Part shown: positions 18,232 to 31,279 of the stretch, piece after piece | Layout: each line of letters begins with the position of its first letter | Numbering within the stretch: position 1 is the stretch's first letter | NCBI GenBank assembly: GCA_963422645.2 | Contig: CAXXVO010000006.1 | Coordinates: 224,001 to 288,000 of the forward strand | Origin: Alphaproteobacteria bacterium | Lineage (GTDB): Bacteria > Pseudomonadota > Alphaproteobacteria > UBA828 | Direction: 5' to 3' | Length of the DNA: 64,000 nucleotides | Translations under genes and position numbers: made by a program | The notes under the pieces: generated by a model | Databases searched by the model: none | Told to the model about the DNA's origin: nothing | Seen by the model: only the letters and a program-made list of their open reading frames with translations

Positions 18232-21098
18232 CCACCGACTATCGCGATACCGTCCTCATGCCGCGCACCGCCTTCCCCATGAAGGCGCGGCTGCCCGAAC
18301 GCGAGCCGGCGACGGCCGCGCGCTGGGAAGAGATCGACCTTTACCGGCTCCTCAGGGAGGACTCGGCCGGCCGGCCCAAGTTCGTGCTGCACGACGGCCC
18401 GCCCTACGCCAACGGCCACCTTCACCTTGGCACGGCGCTGAACAAGATCCTGAAGGATGTCGTCGTGCGCTCCCAGCAGATGCTGGGCAAGGATTCGGTC
18501 TACGTTCCGGGCTGGGATTGCCACGGCCTGCCCATCGAATGGCAGGTGGAGCAGGCCTACCGCAAGGAAGGCCGCGACAAGGATTCCGTCCCGGTCAGCG
18601 ACTTCCGCGCCGACTGCCGCGCCTTCGCCGACCACTGGATCGACGTGCAGCGCAACGAGTTCAAGCGCCTGGGCGTGATCGGCGACTGGGACAATCCCTA
18701 CACCACCATGAGCTTCGCGGCCGAGGCGCAGATCGTGCGCGAGCTTGGCCGCTTCCTGGTAGATGGCAGCCTCTACCTGGGCGCGCGGCCGGTCATGTGG
18801 TCGCCGGTCGAAAAAACCGCGCTGGCCGAGGCCGAGATCGAGTACCACGATCACAAGTCGGTGGTGATCACCGTCGCCTTCCCGGTGATCGAGAGCCCGC
18901 TGGAGGCTCTGGACGGTGCGGCCATCGTCATCTGGACGACGACGCCCTGGACCATCCCCGGCAACCGCTGCATCGCCTACGGCGACGCCGTGCGCTACCA
19001 GGTGCTCGAAGTGACCGAGGTCGCGGACAGCGCGGCAATCTCGCCCGGCACGCGCATCGCCGCTGCCGAGGAGCTCGCGCCCACCCTCTGTAAGGAGAGC
19101 GGAATCACCGGCCACCGGGTGATCGCCTCCGGCCTCCCCGGCACCGCCTTCGCCGGCACCGTCTGCGCCCACCCCCTGCGCGGCAGGGGTTACGACTTCC
19201 CGGTGCCGCTGATCCCTGCCGATCACGTCACCACCGAGCAGGGCACCGGCTTCGTCCACATCGCACCGGGTCACGGCGCGGAGGACTTCGAGGCGGTCGC
19301 AAGCTATAACGCAGGCCTCTCTGCGGGCGGCGGCGATGGCGCGCCGATCGAGACCCCTGCCACGGTGGACGACGACGGCTGCTTCTACGACCACGTGCCG
19401 GCCTTCGCCGGCAAGCACGTCTACAAGGTTAACGGCGAGATCGCCGACGCGCTGGCCGACGCCGGCCGGCTGCTCGCGCGTGGCGCGCTGGTGCACTCCT
19501 ATCCCCACTCCTGGCGCTCCAAGGCGCCGCTGATCTTCCGCAACACGAGCCAGTGGTTCATCAGCATGGAGACCACCGGCCTTCGCAGCACCGCGCTCGA
19601 CGCCATCGACCGGGTGCGCTGGGTGCCGCCTGCGGGGCGGGCACGCATCCGGTCCATGATCGAGACCCGGCCGGACTGGGTGCTCTCGCGCCAGCGGGTC
19701 TGGGGCGTGCCGATCACGGTCTTCGTCTCGCGCGAGGACGGCACGCCGCTGCGCGATCCGCAGGTGGTCGAGCGCATCGCCGCCGTGGTCGAGGCGGAAG
19801 GCGCCGACGCCTGGTTCACCAGCGACAACGCGCGCTTCCTCGCGCCGGAGTACGACCCGGAGGCCTACGACAAGGTCACCGATATTCTGGATGTCTGGTT
19901 CGAGAGCGGCACCACCCACAGCTTCGTCCTGGAGCAGCGGCCGGAGCTGATGTGGCCGGCGTCGCTCTACCTTGAAGGCTCGGACCAGCACCGGGGCTGG
20001 TTCCACAGCTCGCTGCTCGAATCCTGCGGCACCCGCGGCCGCGCGCCCTACGACGCCGTGCTCACCCACGGCTTCGTGGTCGATGGCGAGGGGCGTAAGA
20101 TGTCGAAGTCGCTGGGCAACGTCATCGCACCGCACCAGGTGAACGAGCGCTACGGCGCCGACATCCTCCGGCTCTGGGTGGTGAGCACGGACTACGCCGA
20201 AGACCTCAGGATCAGCGACGAAATCCTGCGTCACCAGGTCGATTCGTACCGGCGGCTGCGCAACACGCTGCGCTACCTCCTGGGCAATCTTGCCGATTTC
20301 CACCCGGGCGAGCGCCTGCCGGCGTCCGAACTGCCCGCTTTGGAGTGCTGGGTGCTGCACCGGCTCCACGGTCTCGACCGCGACGTCCGCCAATGGTGCG
20401 AGGACTTCGCCTTCCACGAGATGTTCGTGGCGCTGCACCACTTCTGCGCGGTCGATCTCTCGGCCTTCTACTTCGACATTCGCAAAGACGCGCTCTATTG
20501 CGAGAGCGCGGGCTCGGCCCGCCGTCGTGCCGTGCGCACCGTGCTCGACACGCTCTTCGACTGCCTCAGCGCCTGGCTCGCCCCCTTCCTCTGCTTCACC
20601 GCAGAGGAGGCCTGGCTTGCCCGCTATCCGGACGATACGAGCGTGCACCTGCGCGTCTTCCCCGCGCTGCCGGCCGAGTGGCAGGACGACGCGCTCGCCG
20701 AGCGCATCGAGCGCATGCGCGCGGTTCGCCGCGTCGTCACCAAGGCGCTGGAGTGGCACCGGTCTATCAAAGATATCGGCTCGTCGCTGGAGGCGGCGCC
20801 GACGGTGTTCGTGGACGAACACTACCGAGATGCGCTGACCTATGACGATGACGATTGCGCGACACTCTTCATTACTTCGGCCGCGACGATCAGGCCGTTA
20901 AGAGAAGCGCCCGTCGACAGCACCGTCGTCAACCTGCCGGAGGTACCTGGAGTCCATGTCGTGTTCGCGCCGGCAAGGGGTGAAAAGTGCGCGCGATGCT
21001 GGCGGCTCCTGCCCGAAGTCGGCGGCGACGAGCGCCATCCGGACATCTGCGGCCGCTGCGTGAGCGCCGTCGAGGCTGCCCGCCCGGCAGCCGCCTAG
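18228..21098 (+). CDS. ileS: Isoleucine--tRNA ligase
   Basis: HDGPPYANGHLHLG, PGWDCHGLP, WTTTPWT, KMSKS, C-terminal Zn finger. Confidence 0.97.
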   Translation: MTTDYRDTVLMPRTAFPMKARLPEREPATAARWEEIDLYRLLREDSAGRPKFVLHDGPPYANGHLHLGTALNKILKDVVVRSQQMLGKDSVYVPGWDCHGLPIEWQVEQAYRKEGRDKDSVPVSDFRADCRAFADHWIDVQRNEFKRLGVIGDWDNPYTTMSFAAEAQIVRELGRFLVDGSLYLGARPVMWSPVEKTALAEAEIEYHDHKSVVITVAFPVIESPLEALDGAAIVIWTTTPWTIPGNRCIAYGDAVRYQVLEVTEVADSAAISPGTRIAAAEELAPTLCKESGITGHRVIASGLPGTAFAGTVCAHPLRGRGYDFPVPLIPADHVTTEQGTGFVHIAPGHGAEDFEAVASYNAGLSAGGGDGAPIETPATVDDDGCFYDHVPAFAGKHVYKVNGEIADALADAGRLLARGALVHSYPHSWRSKAPLIFRNTSQWFISMETTGLRSTALDAIDRVRWVPPAGRARIRSMIETRPDWVLSRQRVWGVPITVFVSREDGTPLRDPQVVERIAAVVEAEGADAWFTSDNARFLAPEYDPEAYDKVTDILDVWFESGTTHSFVLEQRPELMWPASLYLEGSDQHRGWFHSSLLESCGTRGRAPYDAVLTHGFVVDGEGRKMSKSLGNVIAPHQVNERYGADILRLWVVSTDYAEDLRISDEILRHQVDSYRRLRNTLRYLLGNLADFHPGERLPASELPALECWVLHRLHGLDRDVRQWCEDFAFHEMFVALHHFCAVDLSAFYFDIRKDALYCESAGSARRRAVRTVLDTLFDCLSAWLAPFLCFTAEEAWLARYPDDTSVHLRVFPALPAEWQDDALAERIERMRAVRRVVTKALEWHRSIKDIGSSLEAAPTVFVDEHYRDALTYDDDDCATLFITSAATIRPLREAPVDSTVVNLPEVPGVHVVFAPARGEKCARCWRLLPEVGGDERHPDICGRCVSAVEAARPAAA

Positions 21099-21133
21099 CC
21101 GGCTCAGCGGCGCCGGGCTCGGGAAGGGCGGCC

Positions 21134-21613
21134 GTGCTCCGCCTCGGACTGCCGCTCGCGGCCGCCGCCATCGCCGCCGACCAGATCAGCAAGTGGGCCG
21201 CGCGCGATGCGCTCTGGGACCCGCTCCGGCGCATCGAGCTAACCTCCTTCTTCAATCTCGTTCCCGCCGAGAACAAGGGCATCAGCTTCGGTCTGTTCCA
21301 GAGCGAGGGCGCCGGCATGTTGCTGATTGTCGGCCTCGCCCTCGCGATTTCGGTCGGACTCGGTGTCTGGCTGCATCGCAGCCGCTCCCGCTGGCAGGCG
21401 TGCGCGCTCGGCCTCGTCATCGGCGGCGCGGTCGGCAACGTGGTCGATCGGCTGCGCCTCGGCTGGGTCATCGACTTTCTCGATTTCCACGGCGGCGGCT
21501 ATCATTGGCCGACCTTCAACCTAGCCGACTCCGCGATCAGCGTGGGCGTCGTGATGCTGATCGTGCACGGCTTCTTGATGAAGCCACGGAAAGAGCCTAG
21601 AAAAGAATCATGA
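21134..21613 (+). CDS. lspA: Lipoprotein signal peptidase
   Basis: DQISK, NKGISFG, GAVGNVVDR, VIDF, FNLAD. Confidence 0.93.
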   Translation: MLRLGLPLAAAAIAADQISKWAARDALWDPLRRIELTSFFNLVPAENKGISFGLFQSEGAGMLLIVGLALAISVGLGVWLHRSRSRWQACALGLVIGGAVGNVVDRLRLGWVIDFLDFHGGGYHWPTFNLADSAISVGVVMLIVHGFLMKPRKEPRKES

Positions 21614-22143
21614 AGCAGGTTGCACATCGCCCGTTCCGACGCGAGAGAATCGGCCGCCGTGTGGCGGCGGGCCTCGGCGCTCTGGCGCTGGTGGCGTCCC
21701 TTTCCGCCTGCGAGAGCCTCAACGAGACCTTCGGCTTCGGTAAGAAGGCGCCGGACGAGTTTGCGGTGGCGCGAAACGCGCCGCTCACGGTGCCGCCAGA
21801 CTACACGCTGCGCCCACCCCAGCCCGGCGCGCCCAACGCCAACCAGGCCTCAGTGCGCGATCAGGCCGAGAGCGTCCTGTTGCAGGAGGCCGGCGTCAGC
21901 CCTGCCGAGAGTGCGGCGGCAACGAGCGGCGAGACCGCCCTGATCGAACGGGCCGGCGCGACCGACGTGGACCCGAACATCCGGCAGAGCCTGGATCGCG
22001 GGGTCTCGCGCGACGGCCCGAAGGACAAGAGCTTCCTCGATTCGCTCATGTTCTGGCGGGATGACGATCCGCCGGGCGACGTGATCGACGCGGATGCTGA
22101 GGCCGAACGGCTGCGCGAGAAGGGCGGAGAGGACAGCCAGTGA
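21610..22143 (+). CDS. DUF3035-like lipoprotein
   Basis: Lipobox LSAC, APDEFAV, PLTVPPDYTLRPP; usual position after lspA. Confidence 0.8.
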   Translation: MKQVAHRPFRRERIGRRVAAGLGALALVASLSACESLNETFGFGKKAPDEFAVARNAPLTVPPDYTLRPPQPGAPNANQASVRDQAESVLLQEAGVSPAESAAATSGETALIERAGATDVDPNIRQSLDRGVSRDGPKDKSFLDSLMFWRDDDPPGDVIDADAEAERLREKGGEDSQ

Positions 22144-22197
22144 GGGCGGGCGGGATGCCGGCCGTCAAGCGGCGCAAGAAGGCACCTCTGGAAGGGA

Positions 22198-23511
22198 TTG
22201 TCTGAGTTGACGCGGCGAGGCCGCGCCCCGACCGAGTCCGAACCATCTGTCGAGACGTCGCCGGCCGTGACGCAGGGCGTGGACGCCTGCTTCGCCGATG
22301 CCGTAGGCCCGGGCGGAATCCCGCGCTCCGCATTCCAGGAACTGCTGCATGAGGCGGCGGCCGCGCTCGAGCGGCTGCGTCAGGCACGCGCGTCCGGGGC
22401 GCATCGCTTCCTCGCCTGTGCCGACTCGCGCGACGATCTCGCCGCGTTGGAGGCGCTGGCTCGCGACTGGCGCGGGCGCTATCGCCGCCTCGTCGTCCTC
22501 GGCACCGGCGGCGCCAGCCTCGGCGGCAAGGCGCTCGCCGCTGCCGGGCCGGAGAGCGAGCGGCTGCTGGTCCTGGACAACGGCGACGCCGACCGCTTCG
22601 ACAGCCTGTTGAAAGGACCGGGCCTCGACCGTACCGGCTTCCTGGTCATCTCGAAATCAGGCGCCACCGCCGAGACTCTCGCGCAAGCGCTGCTCGTGCT
22701 GGGCGATGCGGGTCCTGCAAGCGTCGCTGCCGTCATCACCCAGCCCGGCGCGAGTCCCTTGCGCCGGCTGGCCGCACGCTTCGACCTGCCCGTCCTCGAT
22801 CACGATCCGGCACTGGGAGGCCGGTTCTCGGCGCTCTCCCTGGTCGGCCTCCTGCCCGCGATGTTCGCCGGCATTGACGGCCGGGCCGCCCGGGACGGTG
22901 CGCAGGCGGTGCTGGCGGCGGCGCTGGCGGCGCGAACGCCCGGCGAGTCGGCGCCGGCGGTCGGCGCGGCGCTCGCGGTCGCCGCCATGCGGGCCTGGCC
23001 GGCGGCCAGCATGGTGCTCATGCCCTACGGCCCCAACCTCTACCCCTTCGGGCTCTGGTATCGGCAGCTCTGGGCCGAATCTCTCGGCAAGGACGGGCAT
23101 GGTTCCACGCCGATTCTGGCGCCCGGCCCGGTGGACCAGCACAGCCAGCTGCAGCTCTTCCTGGACGGCCCCGGCGGCAACCTCTTCACCATCCTCGAGG
23201 CACCTGACCCGGTGCCCCGCAGCGTGGACGCCGCGCTGGCCGAAGCGATCGGTGCGGGCTACCTGGGCGGGCGCAGCATGGGTGAGCTGATCGCGGCGCA
23301 GGCGCGCGCCACGGCCACAATGCTCAGCGAAGCCGGCCGGCCCGTGCGCCGCCTGGGCGTTGCGGCGGCCGACGCTTGCGCTGTCGGTGCGCTGATGATG
23401 CACTTCATGCTAGAGACCGTGGTGGCCGCGCACCTGCTCGGCGTCGACCCCTTCGACCAGCCGGCGGTGGAACGGGGCAAGGAGTTGGCGCGCCGCGACC
23501 TGGAAGCCTAG
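22198..23511 (+). CDS. pgi: Glucose-6-phosphate isomerase-like protein (start uncertain)
   Basis: [53 protein letters not shown]. Confidence 0.8.
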   Translation: MSELTRRGRAPTESEPSVETSPAVTQGVDACFADAVGPGGIPRSAFQELLHEAAAALERLRQARASGAHRFLACADSRDDLAALEALARDWRGRYRRLVVLGTGGASLGGKALAAAGPESERLLVLDNGDADRFDSLLKGPGLDRTGFLVISKSGATAETLAQALLVLGDAGPASVAAVITQPGASPLRRLAARFDLPVLDHDPALGGRFSALSLVGLLPAMFAGIDGRAARDGAQAVLAAALAARTPGESAPAVGAALAVAAMRAWPAASMVLMPYGPNLYPFGLWYRQLWAESLGKDGHGSTPILAPGPVDQHSQLQLFLDGPGGNLFTILEAPDPVPRSVDAALAEAIGAGYLGGRSMGELIAAQARATATMLSEAGRPVRRLGVAAADACAVGALMMHFMLETVVAAHLLGVDPFDQPAVERGKELARRDLEA

Positions 23512-23513
23512 CC

Positions 23514-25342
<1,829 letters not shown>

Positions 25343-25346
<4 letters not shown>

Positions 25347-25437
25347 AGCGCGTCCGTCTTTGACGGACGAGCAACAGGCCGGCCGCCGTGAGCGACAAAT
25401 TCCTAAAGCGTTTCCGTGCAAATCGGAAACGCTCTAA
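25343..25437. repeat. RIME/BruRS-like intergenic palindromic element between convergent genes
   Basis: Terminal IR TTAGAGCG/CGCTCTAA; internal hairpins CGTCCGTC-TTT-GACGGACG and AGCGTTTCCG-N7-CGGAAACGCT. Confidence 0.65.
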
Positions 25438-25443
25438 GCACCC

Positions 25444-26148
25444 TCAATCCCCAAAGTACGCCGCCGCGATGTCGGCGGATTCGCGCAGCTCGTCGGGCGT
25501 CCGCCTGTCGCCGATGCGGCCGGTCTCCAGCAGGTAGACCTCCTGCGCCAGGCTCATGGCGAAGTTCGCGTTCTGCTCGGTGATCATGATGGTGAGGCCG
25601 AGCCGCTCGTTGAGGTCTCTGAGCACGGCGGCGATCTCCAGGCACACACGGGGCGCGAGGCCGAGCGTCGGCTCGTCCACCATCAGCAGCTTGGGGCTCG
25701 ACATCAACGCCCGGCCGAGCGAGGCCATCTGACGCTCGCCGCCCGATTGGGTCACTGTCTCCTGGTTCTGCCGCTCTTCCAGCCGCGGGAAGAGGTCGAA
25801 GACGGTGCGTAGATTGACCTCGATCTGGTCGCGCTTGCGGTAAGCGCCGACCAGCAGGTTTTCCTTCACCCCCATGAAGGGGAAGAGGTTGCCGCGCTCC
25901 GGCGCGTAGCCGATGCCGAGCCGGACGATCCGCGCCGGCGACATCCGGCTGATGTCGCGGCCCTCGAATTCGATCCGGCCGCGCCGCCGAGTGAGCCCGA
26001 TGACCGAATCGAGAAGGGTCGACTTGCCGGCGCCGTTGGGGCCGACGACGGCGACGATCCGGCCCGCCTCGACGTCGAGCGAGACGCCGTGCAGCGCCTG
26101 CGCGCGGCCGTAGAAGACGTCGAGATCGCCGATGCTCAGCAGCGCCAC
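25444..26148 (-). CDS. Branched-chain amino acid-type ABC ATPase (LivF-like)
   Basis: [27 protein letters not shown]. Confidence 0.9.
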   Translation of the reverse strand: MALLSIGDLDVFYGRAQALHGVSLDVEAGRIVAVVGPNGAGKSTLLDSVIGLTRRRGRIEFEGRDISRMSPARIVRLGIGYAPERGNLFPFMGVKENLLVGAYRKRDQIEVNLRTVFDLFPRLEERQNQETVTQSGGERQMASLGRALMSSPKLLMVDEPTLGLAPRVCLEIAAVLRDLNERLGLTIMITEQNANFAMSLAQEVYLLETGRIGDRRTPDELRESADIAAAYFGD

Positions 26149-26169
26149 GGCCCTCTCTCCTCCCCCCTC

Positions 26170-26922
26170 CTATTGCCCGAGGTAGGCATCGCGCACCGCC
26201 TCGTCGCGCACCACGTCGTCGAAGGTGCCCTCCGCGATGACCTCGCCGAAGGACATCACGATGACCCGGTCCACCAGGGGCGCGAGCGCGCGCAGGTCAT
26301 GGCTCACGATGATGTAGGTGAGCCCGTCCTTGCGCTTCTTCTCGACCAGCAGCTCGGAGATCTGGGCGATCTCGCGCAGCGTAAGGCCGGCGAAGACCTC
26401 GTCGAGAAGCAGCAGCGTGGGCGCGACGGCGACGTTGCGCGCCATCTCCAGCCGGCGCAGGTCGCCCATGGCAAGCTCGCTCGGCAGCATACCGATCTGC
26501 TCGTCGGAGAAGCCGACGCTGTGGCCGATCTCCGCCTCGGCCGCGTGGTCCGCTCCCTCGCCGATGAGCTTCCAGATATCGTCCGGCGCCATGCCGACGC
26601 GGATGTTGGCGCCCACCGACATTTCGGCGAAGGGCTGGGGCACCTGATAGGTCCGCGCGATGCCGCGCTTGACCCGCTCGTAGGTGGGCACGCGGGTGAT
26701 GTTCTCGCCCTTGAACCAGATCTCGCCGCTGGTGGGCTTGAGCTCCGCCATGATCATGTTGAAGACGGTGGTCTTGCCGGCGCCGTTGGGGCCGATCAGG
26801 CCGAGGGTCTCGCCCTCCGCCACCTGGAACGAGATCCCCTGCACGGCGCGGATGCCGCCGAAGGTCATGTGGAGGTCGCGCACCTCCAGCAGCGGACCCG
26901 CGCTCGCCGTCACCGCCGCCAC
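26170..26922 (-). CDS. Branched-chain amino acid-type ABC ATPase (LivG-like)
   Basis: [28 protein letters not shown]. Confidence 0.9.
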   Translation of the reverse strand: MAAVTASAGPLLEVRDLHMTFGGIRAVQGISFQVAEGETLGLIGPNGAGKTTVFNMIMAELKPTSGEIWFKGENITRVPTYERVKRGIARTYQVPQPFAEMSVGANIRVGMAPDDIWKLIGEGADHAAEAEIGHSVGFSDEQIGMLPSELAMGDLRRLEMARNVAVAPTLLLLDEVFAGLTLREIAQISELLVEKKRKDGLTYIIVSHDLRALAPLVDRVIVMSFGEVIAEGTFDDVVRDEAVRDAYLGQ

Positions 26923-27863
26923 TCCTGCACCTTGCGGCCGGCGTCTACGATGATGCTATAGATGCCTTCCGGCCGGACGACGTAGAGCACCAGCGCGATT
27001 CCGCCGTAGAGCAGATAGCGTTCCATGCCCGGCATCACCGGCCGCAGGTATTCCAGCAGGACGGTCAGGAAGTAGGCGCCCAAGATCGGGCCGATAATGG
27101 TTTCCGCCCCGCCCAGCAGCGCCGCAACCAGGATGGTGAAGAGGAAGTTGATCTCGAACATGCCGCGCGGCGCGATCGAGCCGATGTAATGGACGTAGAA
27201 GGCGCCGCCGATGCCGGAGACCGCCGCGCTCACCGTGAAGGCGAAGAGCTTGAGCTTGGTGGTGTTGTGGCCGGTGCTGCGGACGGCATCCTCGTTCATT
27301 CTGATGGCGCTCAGTGCGACGCCGAGCCGCGTGCGGATGAGCAGCCAGAGCACCACGCCAATGATGAACATGATGCCGAAGCTGAGGTAGTAGTTGTTGA
27401 CGGCGCCGGTGACGATGGAATCGAGGCCGGAGATGCCCCGCGTGCCGCCGGTGATCTTGGGCGCCACCACCTTGGTGAGCTGGTAGAGGATCTCCATGAA
27501 GGCGAGCGTCACCAGGGCGAAATAGGTGCCGCGGATGCGCAGTGCCGGCAGGAAGAAAAGCGTGCCGCCCACCATGGTCGCGACGACCGCTGCCGGAATG
27601 CTGTAGTAGATCGGCACGTCGAATCGGAAACTGAGGATCGCCGTGGTATAGCCGGCGATGCCGATCAGGAAGGGGTGGCCGAAGCTGATGTAGCCGGTCC
27701 GGCCTGAGAGGAAATCCCAGCTCATGGCGAACATCGCCAGGAAGTGGGCGAAGATCAGGATGCGCAGCGTGCCGGTGCCGACCACCAGCGGCAGCAGGCA
27801 CATGAGCACGCCGAAGGCGAGCCACCAGCCGAGATAGCGCAGCGTCTCGCGGTCGATGGCCAC
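26910..27863 (-). CDS. LivM-like ABC permease
   Basis: [26 protein letters not shown]; hydrophobic. Confidence 0.88.
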   Translation of the reverse strand: MAIDRETLRYLGWWLAFGVLMCLLPLVVGTGTLRILIFAHFLAMFAMSWDFLSGRTGYISFGHPFLIGIAGYTTAILSFRFDVPIYYSIPAAVVATMVGGTLFFLPALRIRGTYFALVTLAFMEILYQLTKVVAPKITGGTRGISGLDSIVTGAVNNYYLSFGIMFIIGVVLWLLIRTRLGVALSAIRMNEDAVRSTGHNTTKLKLFAFTVSAAVSGIGGAFYVHYIGSIAPRGMFEINFLFTILVAALLGGAETIIGPILGAYFLTVLLEYLRPVMPGMERYLLYGGIALVLYVVRPEGIYSIIVDAGRKVQEWRR

Positions 27864-27866
27864 GGC

Positions 27867-28721
27867 TCAGAGCTCCGCCCTGCCGAAGAGGCCCTTGGGC
27901 CGCACCAGCAGCACCAGGATGATGAGCAGCATGGTGGAGACGCCGCGCAGCTCGGCCGCGATGATCGTGGTCGTGATGGTCTCCACGAAGCCGATGATGT
28001 GGGCCGCAATCAGGCTGCCCACGATGCTGCCGATGCCGCCGACAATCACCACGGCGACCGAGATGATGAGCGGGAACACCCACATGTGGGAATCGAGCTG
28101 GGTAAAGGTGGCGAAGAAGACCCCGGCGATGGCCCCGAAGGCACCTGAGAGCGCCCAGGTCACCATGCTGATGACGCTGGGCTCGATGCCCGAGATCACC
28201 GCGCCCTTGCGGTCCATGGAGACCGCGCGGATGGCGCGGCCGAGGTGGGTGTAACGCACGAAGGCAATGAGGCCGCTGAGCACGATCCAGCTCACGCCCG
28301 TGGCCAGCAGGATGTTCATGGTGACCGAGATGCCCTCGAAGCGCAGCACGCCGCGAATCACCGGCCACATGGTCTTGGGCGCGGCACCGAAGATCACAAC
28401 GATCAGCGCCTGCATGACGACGGCGAGAATCAGCGTCGATATCTCGACCGCGATCGGGTTGTCTTCCAGCCGACGTACCAGCAACAAGTAGGTGAGCAGG
28501 CCGAAGGTCACGCCCGCCAGTATCGCCAGAATAAAGCTCGCGAAGACCGGCAGCCCCGCCCCCGGGAGGGCCGCGTAATAAATGTAGCCGCCGAGCATGA
28601 TGTAGACGCCGTAGGCGAGGTTCAGCACCCGGCCCACGCTGAAGATCATGGTGAAGCCAACGGCGATCAGCGCATAGAGGCCGCTGAGTACAAACCCTTG
28701 GATCAGGATCTGGAGCGCCAT
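27867..28721 (-). CDS. LivH-like ABC permease
   Basis: YALIAVGFT, NLAYG, GRAIRAVS, VGGIGS, RPKGLFG. Confidence 0.9.
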   Translation of the reverse strand: MALQILIQGFVLSGLYALIAVGFTMIFSVGRVLNLAYGVYIMLGGYIYYAALPGAGLPVFASFILAILAGVTFGLLTYLLLVRRLEDNPIAVEISTLILAVVMQALIVVIFGAAPKTMWPVIRGVLRFEGISVTMNILLATGVSWIVLSGLIAFVRYTHLGRAIRAVSMDRKGAVISGIEPSVISMVTWALSGAFGAIAGVFFATFTQLDSHMWVFPLIISVAVVIVGGIGSIVGSLIAAHIIGFVETITTTIIAAELRGVSTMLLIILVLLVRPKGLFGRAEL

Positions 28722-28868
28722 CCGGGTCCGCTCAGCCGCCGTCGCGTCGATGTTCGTGTGCCGGCCGAAACAGCGCTCTCACTCTCTGCTCCGGCCGGCT
28801 ACAGTCAGGCTACAGACAGATTAGCCCGGGCGCGACCCGTGAGGCCGCGCCCGGAACTATAACGTTGC

Positions 28869-30173
28869 CTACTTCAGCCAGTCCGGCACCTCGAACTCGC
28901 CGTTGGCGTATTTCGGCGGATAGACCACCTTGGTGGTGCCATCCGAGTACCACTGGATGACCACCATCGACGGCGCCCCTTCGTCATAGGGCGGATCGAT
29001 GTCGAACTTGATGTTGTGGGTGTACTCCCGCTGGGTCCGGGGCTCGATCTCTCCCGGCTTCCAGAAGGCGTAGCGGAGCCAGATCTCGCCGTCCTTCTCG
29101 ACGATGATATCGTCGTTCTCCATCTCGCGGACCCAGTCGTCGAGCGGCGCGAAGCCGCCGGCGCGCTCGGCTGCAGAGAAGGCGTTGAGCATGCCGTAAT
29201 AGGCGTTGAAGCCGTTGAAGTGCGGGAAGACCGGCCGAGAGTCACCGTACTTGGCGGTGTAACGCTCGAGGAACTCCGCCGTGCGCGGGTCGATGTCGGA
29301 GCCGATCGAGGGCACCGGGCTCAGCGTCGAGATGCCGCCGCCGAGGCCGCCGGTGTCGTCCCAGAACTCCCGGGCGAAGGCAGAGACGTTGATCCCGGTC
29401 ATCGGCACCGGCACCTCGAGCTTCACGTACTGCGAGGCAGGCACCTGGCTGCGCACCGCCGCGATCAGGTAGATGAAGTCGGGCTCGGCCGCCGCCGCCT
29501 TGTTGTAGATCGGCCCGAAGTCGACCGTGTTGGTGTCGTAGACGGTGTGACCGATGATCTCGATGCCGGCCTCCGGCGCGAGAACCTGCTCGATCAGTTC
29601 GTACACGCCGCCGCCGAACGCCGTGTCCTCCTGCAGCACGTACACGGTACTCCAGCCCATCTGCTTGGCGAGCACGTCCTTGCCGAAGTCGACATAGAGG
29701 ATGGCCAGCGCGTAGTCGTTGGAGACGTTCATGAAGTACATCTTGTACTTCTCGTACTCCTCGACGACCTTGTCGATGATGCCGACGTAAGAGGTCCAGG
29801 TATCCAGCGTCGGCGTCCGGTACTCCGCCATGCGTTCGAGCCAGCCCAGCGACACGTCGTCGATGCAGCCCGAGATGATGAAGTCCACGTTCTCGACTTC
29901 GTTGAGATACTCGTAGGCCCGGATGCCTTCCTGCACGTCCTCACGCGTATCGGCCATGACCAGCTCGATCATGCGTCCGCCGAGTACACCGCCGTTCGCA
30001 TTGAGCTCCTCGATGGCGATCTCGGTGCCCCGGATCGTGCTCTTGCCGGTATCGGTATCGAAGGAACCGATATAACCAACTTTTATGGGGTCGGCAGCGG
30101 GCGCTGCCGTAGTTAGCGACCAGACGGCCACCGCCGCCGCGGCGGCTCCGATCAAGAGGTGACGGAGTCTCAT
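28869..30173 (-). CDS. LIV-type ABC substrate-binding protein
   Basis: Signal peptide from MRLRHLL, PIKVG, NANGGVLGGR. Confidence 0.85.
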   Translation of the reverse strand: MRLRHLLIGAAAAAVAVWSLTTAAPAADPIKVGYIGSFDTDTGKSTIRGTEIAIEELNANGGVLGGRMIELVMADTREDVQEGIRAYEYLNEVENVDFIISGCIDDVSLGWLERMAEYRTPTLDTWTSYVGIIDKVVEEYEKYKMYFMNVSNDYALAILYVDFGKDVLAKQMGWSTVYVLQEDTAFGGGVYELIEQVLAPEAGIEIIGHTVYDTNTVDFGPIYNKAAAAEPDFIYLIAAVRSQVPASQYVKLEVPVPMTGINVSAFAREFWDDTGGLGGGISTLSPVPSIGSDIDPRTAEFLERYTAKYGDSRPVFPHFNGFNAYYGMLNAFSAAERAGGFAPLDDWVREMENDDIIVEKDGEIWLRYAFWKPGEIEPRTQREYTHNIKFDIDPPYDEGAPSMVVIQWYSDGTTKVVYPPKYANGEFEVPDWLK

Positions 30174-30283
30174 GACCACCCTCCCATTCCTGTTATTGGT
30201 CTCGCGCGCGTAGCACTCTAGAGGGGTTCCCGATCGAGGGAAACCGCGTCCGTTGCAGGCCACCGATGCGTTTGGTGCATCCC

Positions 30284-31150
30284 TTAGACGCCGCCCCACC
30301 CCCCGGTCAGGTAGCGCTCGATGAAGGACGAACGATGGCCTGCGGCAGTCCAGAGGATGGGAAAGAAGGTCTCGTCCATGGCCGTCTCGCCCACGCGCTT
30401 GTAGCGGCCGTAGATGGCGCCGACGTTGCTTTCGTGGAATCGAGCCTCGCTCGAGAAGCAGTGGACGACCAGGCTGCGACGCCCGACTCCGGCGGCCTCC
30501 ACGAGCGAGCCGTGCCAGGTGCGGCCGTGGTGGAAGGCTCCGCCTCCTGCCGGCACTTCCACCGGCACCAGCTCCGGCTTCACGCCTGCCCGCGACGCGG
30601 CGTCGTTCAGCGCCGCAAGCGGCTCATCGGGTGCATGGAAAGCGTCCGGCTGCGGCGAGAGGCCCCAGCGATGCGAGCCTCTGACATAGTTGACCGTCCC
30701 GGCATCGCGCGCGGTGTCGTCGAGGGCGATCCAGCAGCTCGTCATCTCGGGCGGCAACACCCAGTCCAAGTAGCTCGCATCCTGATGGAAGCCGAGGGAC
30801 TTGCCGCCCGGCGGCTTCCACAGCAGGTTGTCCTGGGCGAGCCGCGCACCGGGCCAGCCGGAGAGCTGCGCACAGGCCGCGCCGACCTCGGCGGAGAGAA
30901 TGGTCGCGGCGACAGCGCGGTCCGCTTTCCAGCCGTTGCAGATCTGGCGGGTCAGGTCGGGGGCGTCGCGGCCTTCGCGCCAGTTCCACTCGTCAGGCTG
31001 GAGCCCGGTCTCGAACTCGCCGCGAAAGAGCGGCTCGAAGCGCTCGCGCAGGCGCGCCGCTGTCGCGGGCGGAATGATGCGCGGCACAACGGCGAAGCCG
31101 TCCTCGGCAAAGGACGCACGCTGCCGGTCGGTCAGCGTGAATCCTGCCAT
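30284..31150 (-). CDS. Phytanoyl-CoA dioxygenase (PhyH) family protein
   Basis: FHQD, WIALDD, HHGRTWHGS. Confidence 0.85.
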   Translation of the reverse strand: MAGFTLTDRQRASFAEDGFAVVPRIIPPATAARLRERFEPLFRGEFETGLQPDEWNWREGRDAPDLTRQICNGWKADRAVAATILSAEVGAACAQLSGWPGARLAQDNLLWKPPGGKSLGFHQDASYLDWVLPPEMTSCWIALDDTARDAGTVNYVRGSHRWGLSPQPDAFHAPDEPLAALNDAASRAGVKPELVPVEVPAGGGAFHHGRTWHGSLVEAAGVGRRSLVVHCFSSEARFHESNVGAIYGRYKRVGETAMDETFFPILWTAAGHRSSFIERYLTGGWGGV

Positions 31151-31279
31151 GCTCCCCCTCCCTTCGACCGTGCTTGGCGCACTCGGGCCAATGTCTCGCC
31201 ATCATAGAAAGGCCCCTTAGCTGCACAACGGCCCGACCAGCGCTTTGCAAATCCGTCCGACGGATGGGACAAGGCGCCC

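Noticed and set aside
12691-20822. Long antisense ORFs (e.g. 12691..14718, 14941..16491, 18045..20822)
   Set aside because: Shadow frames of real genes, caused by high GC3; the same applies to 35690..38008 and 55591..57183.
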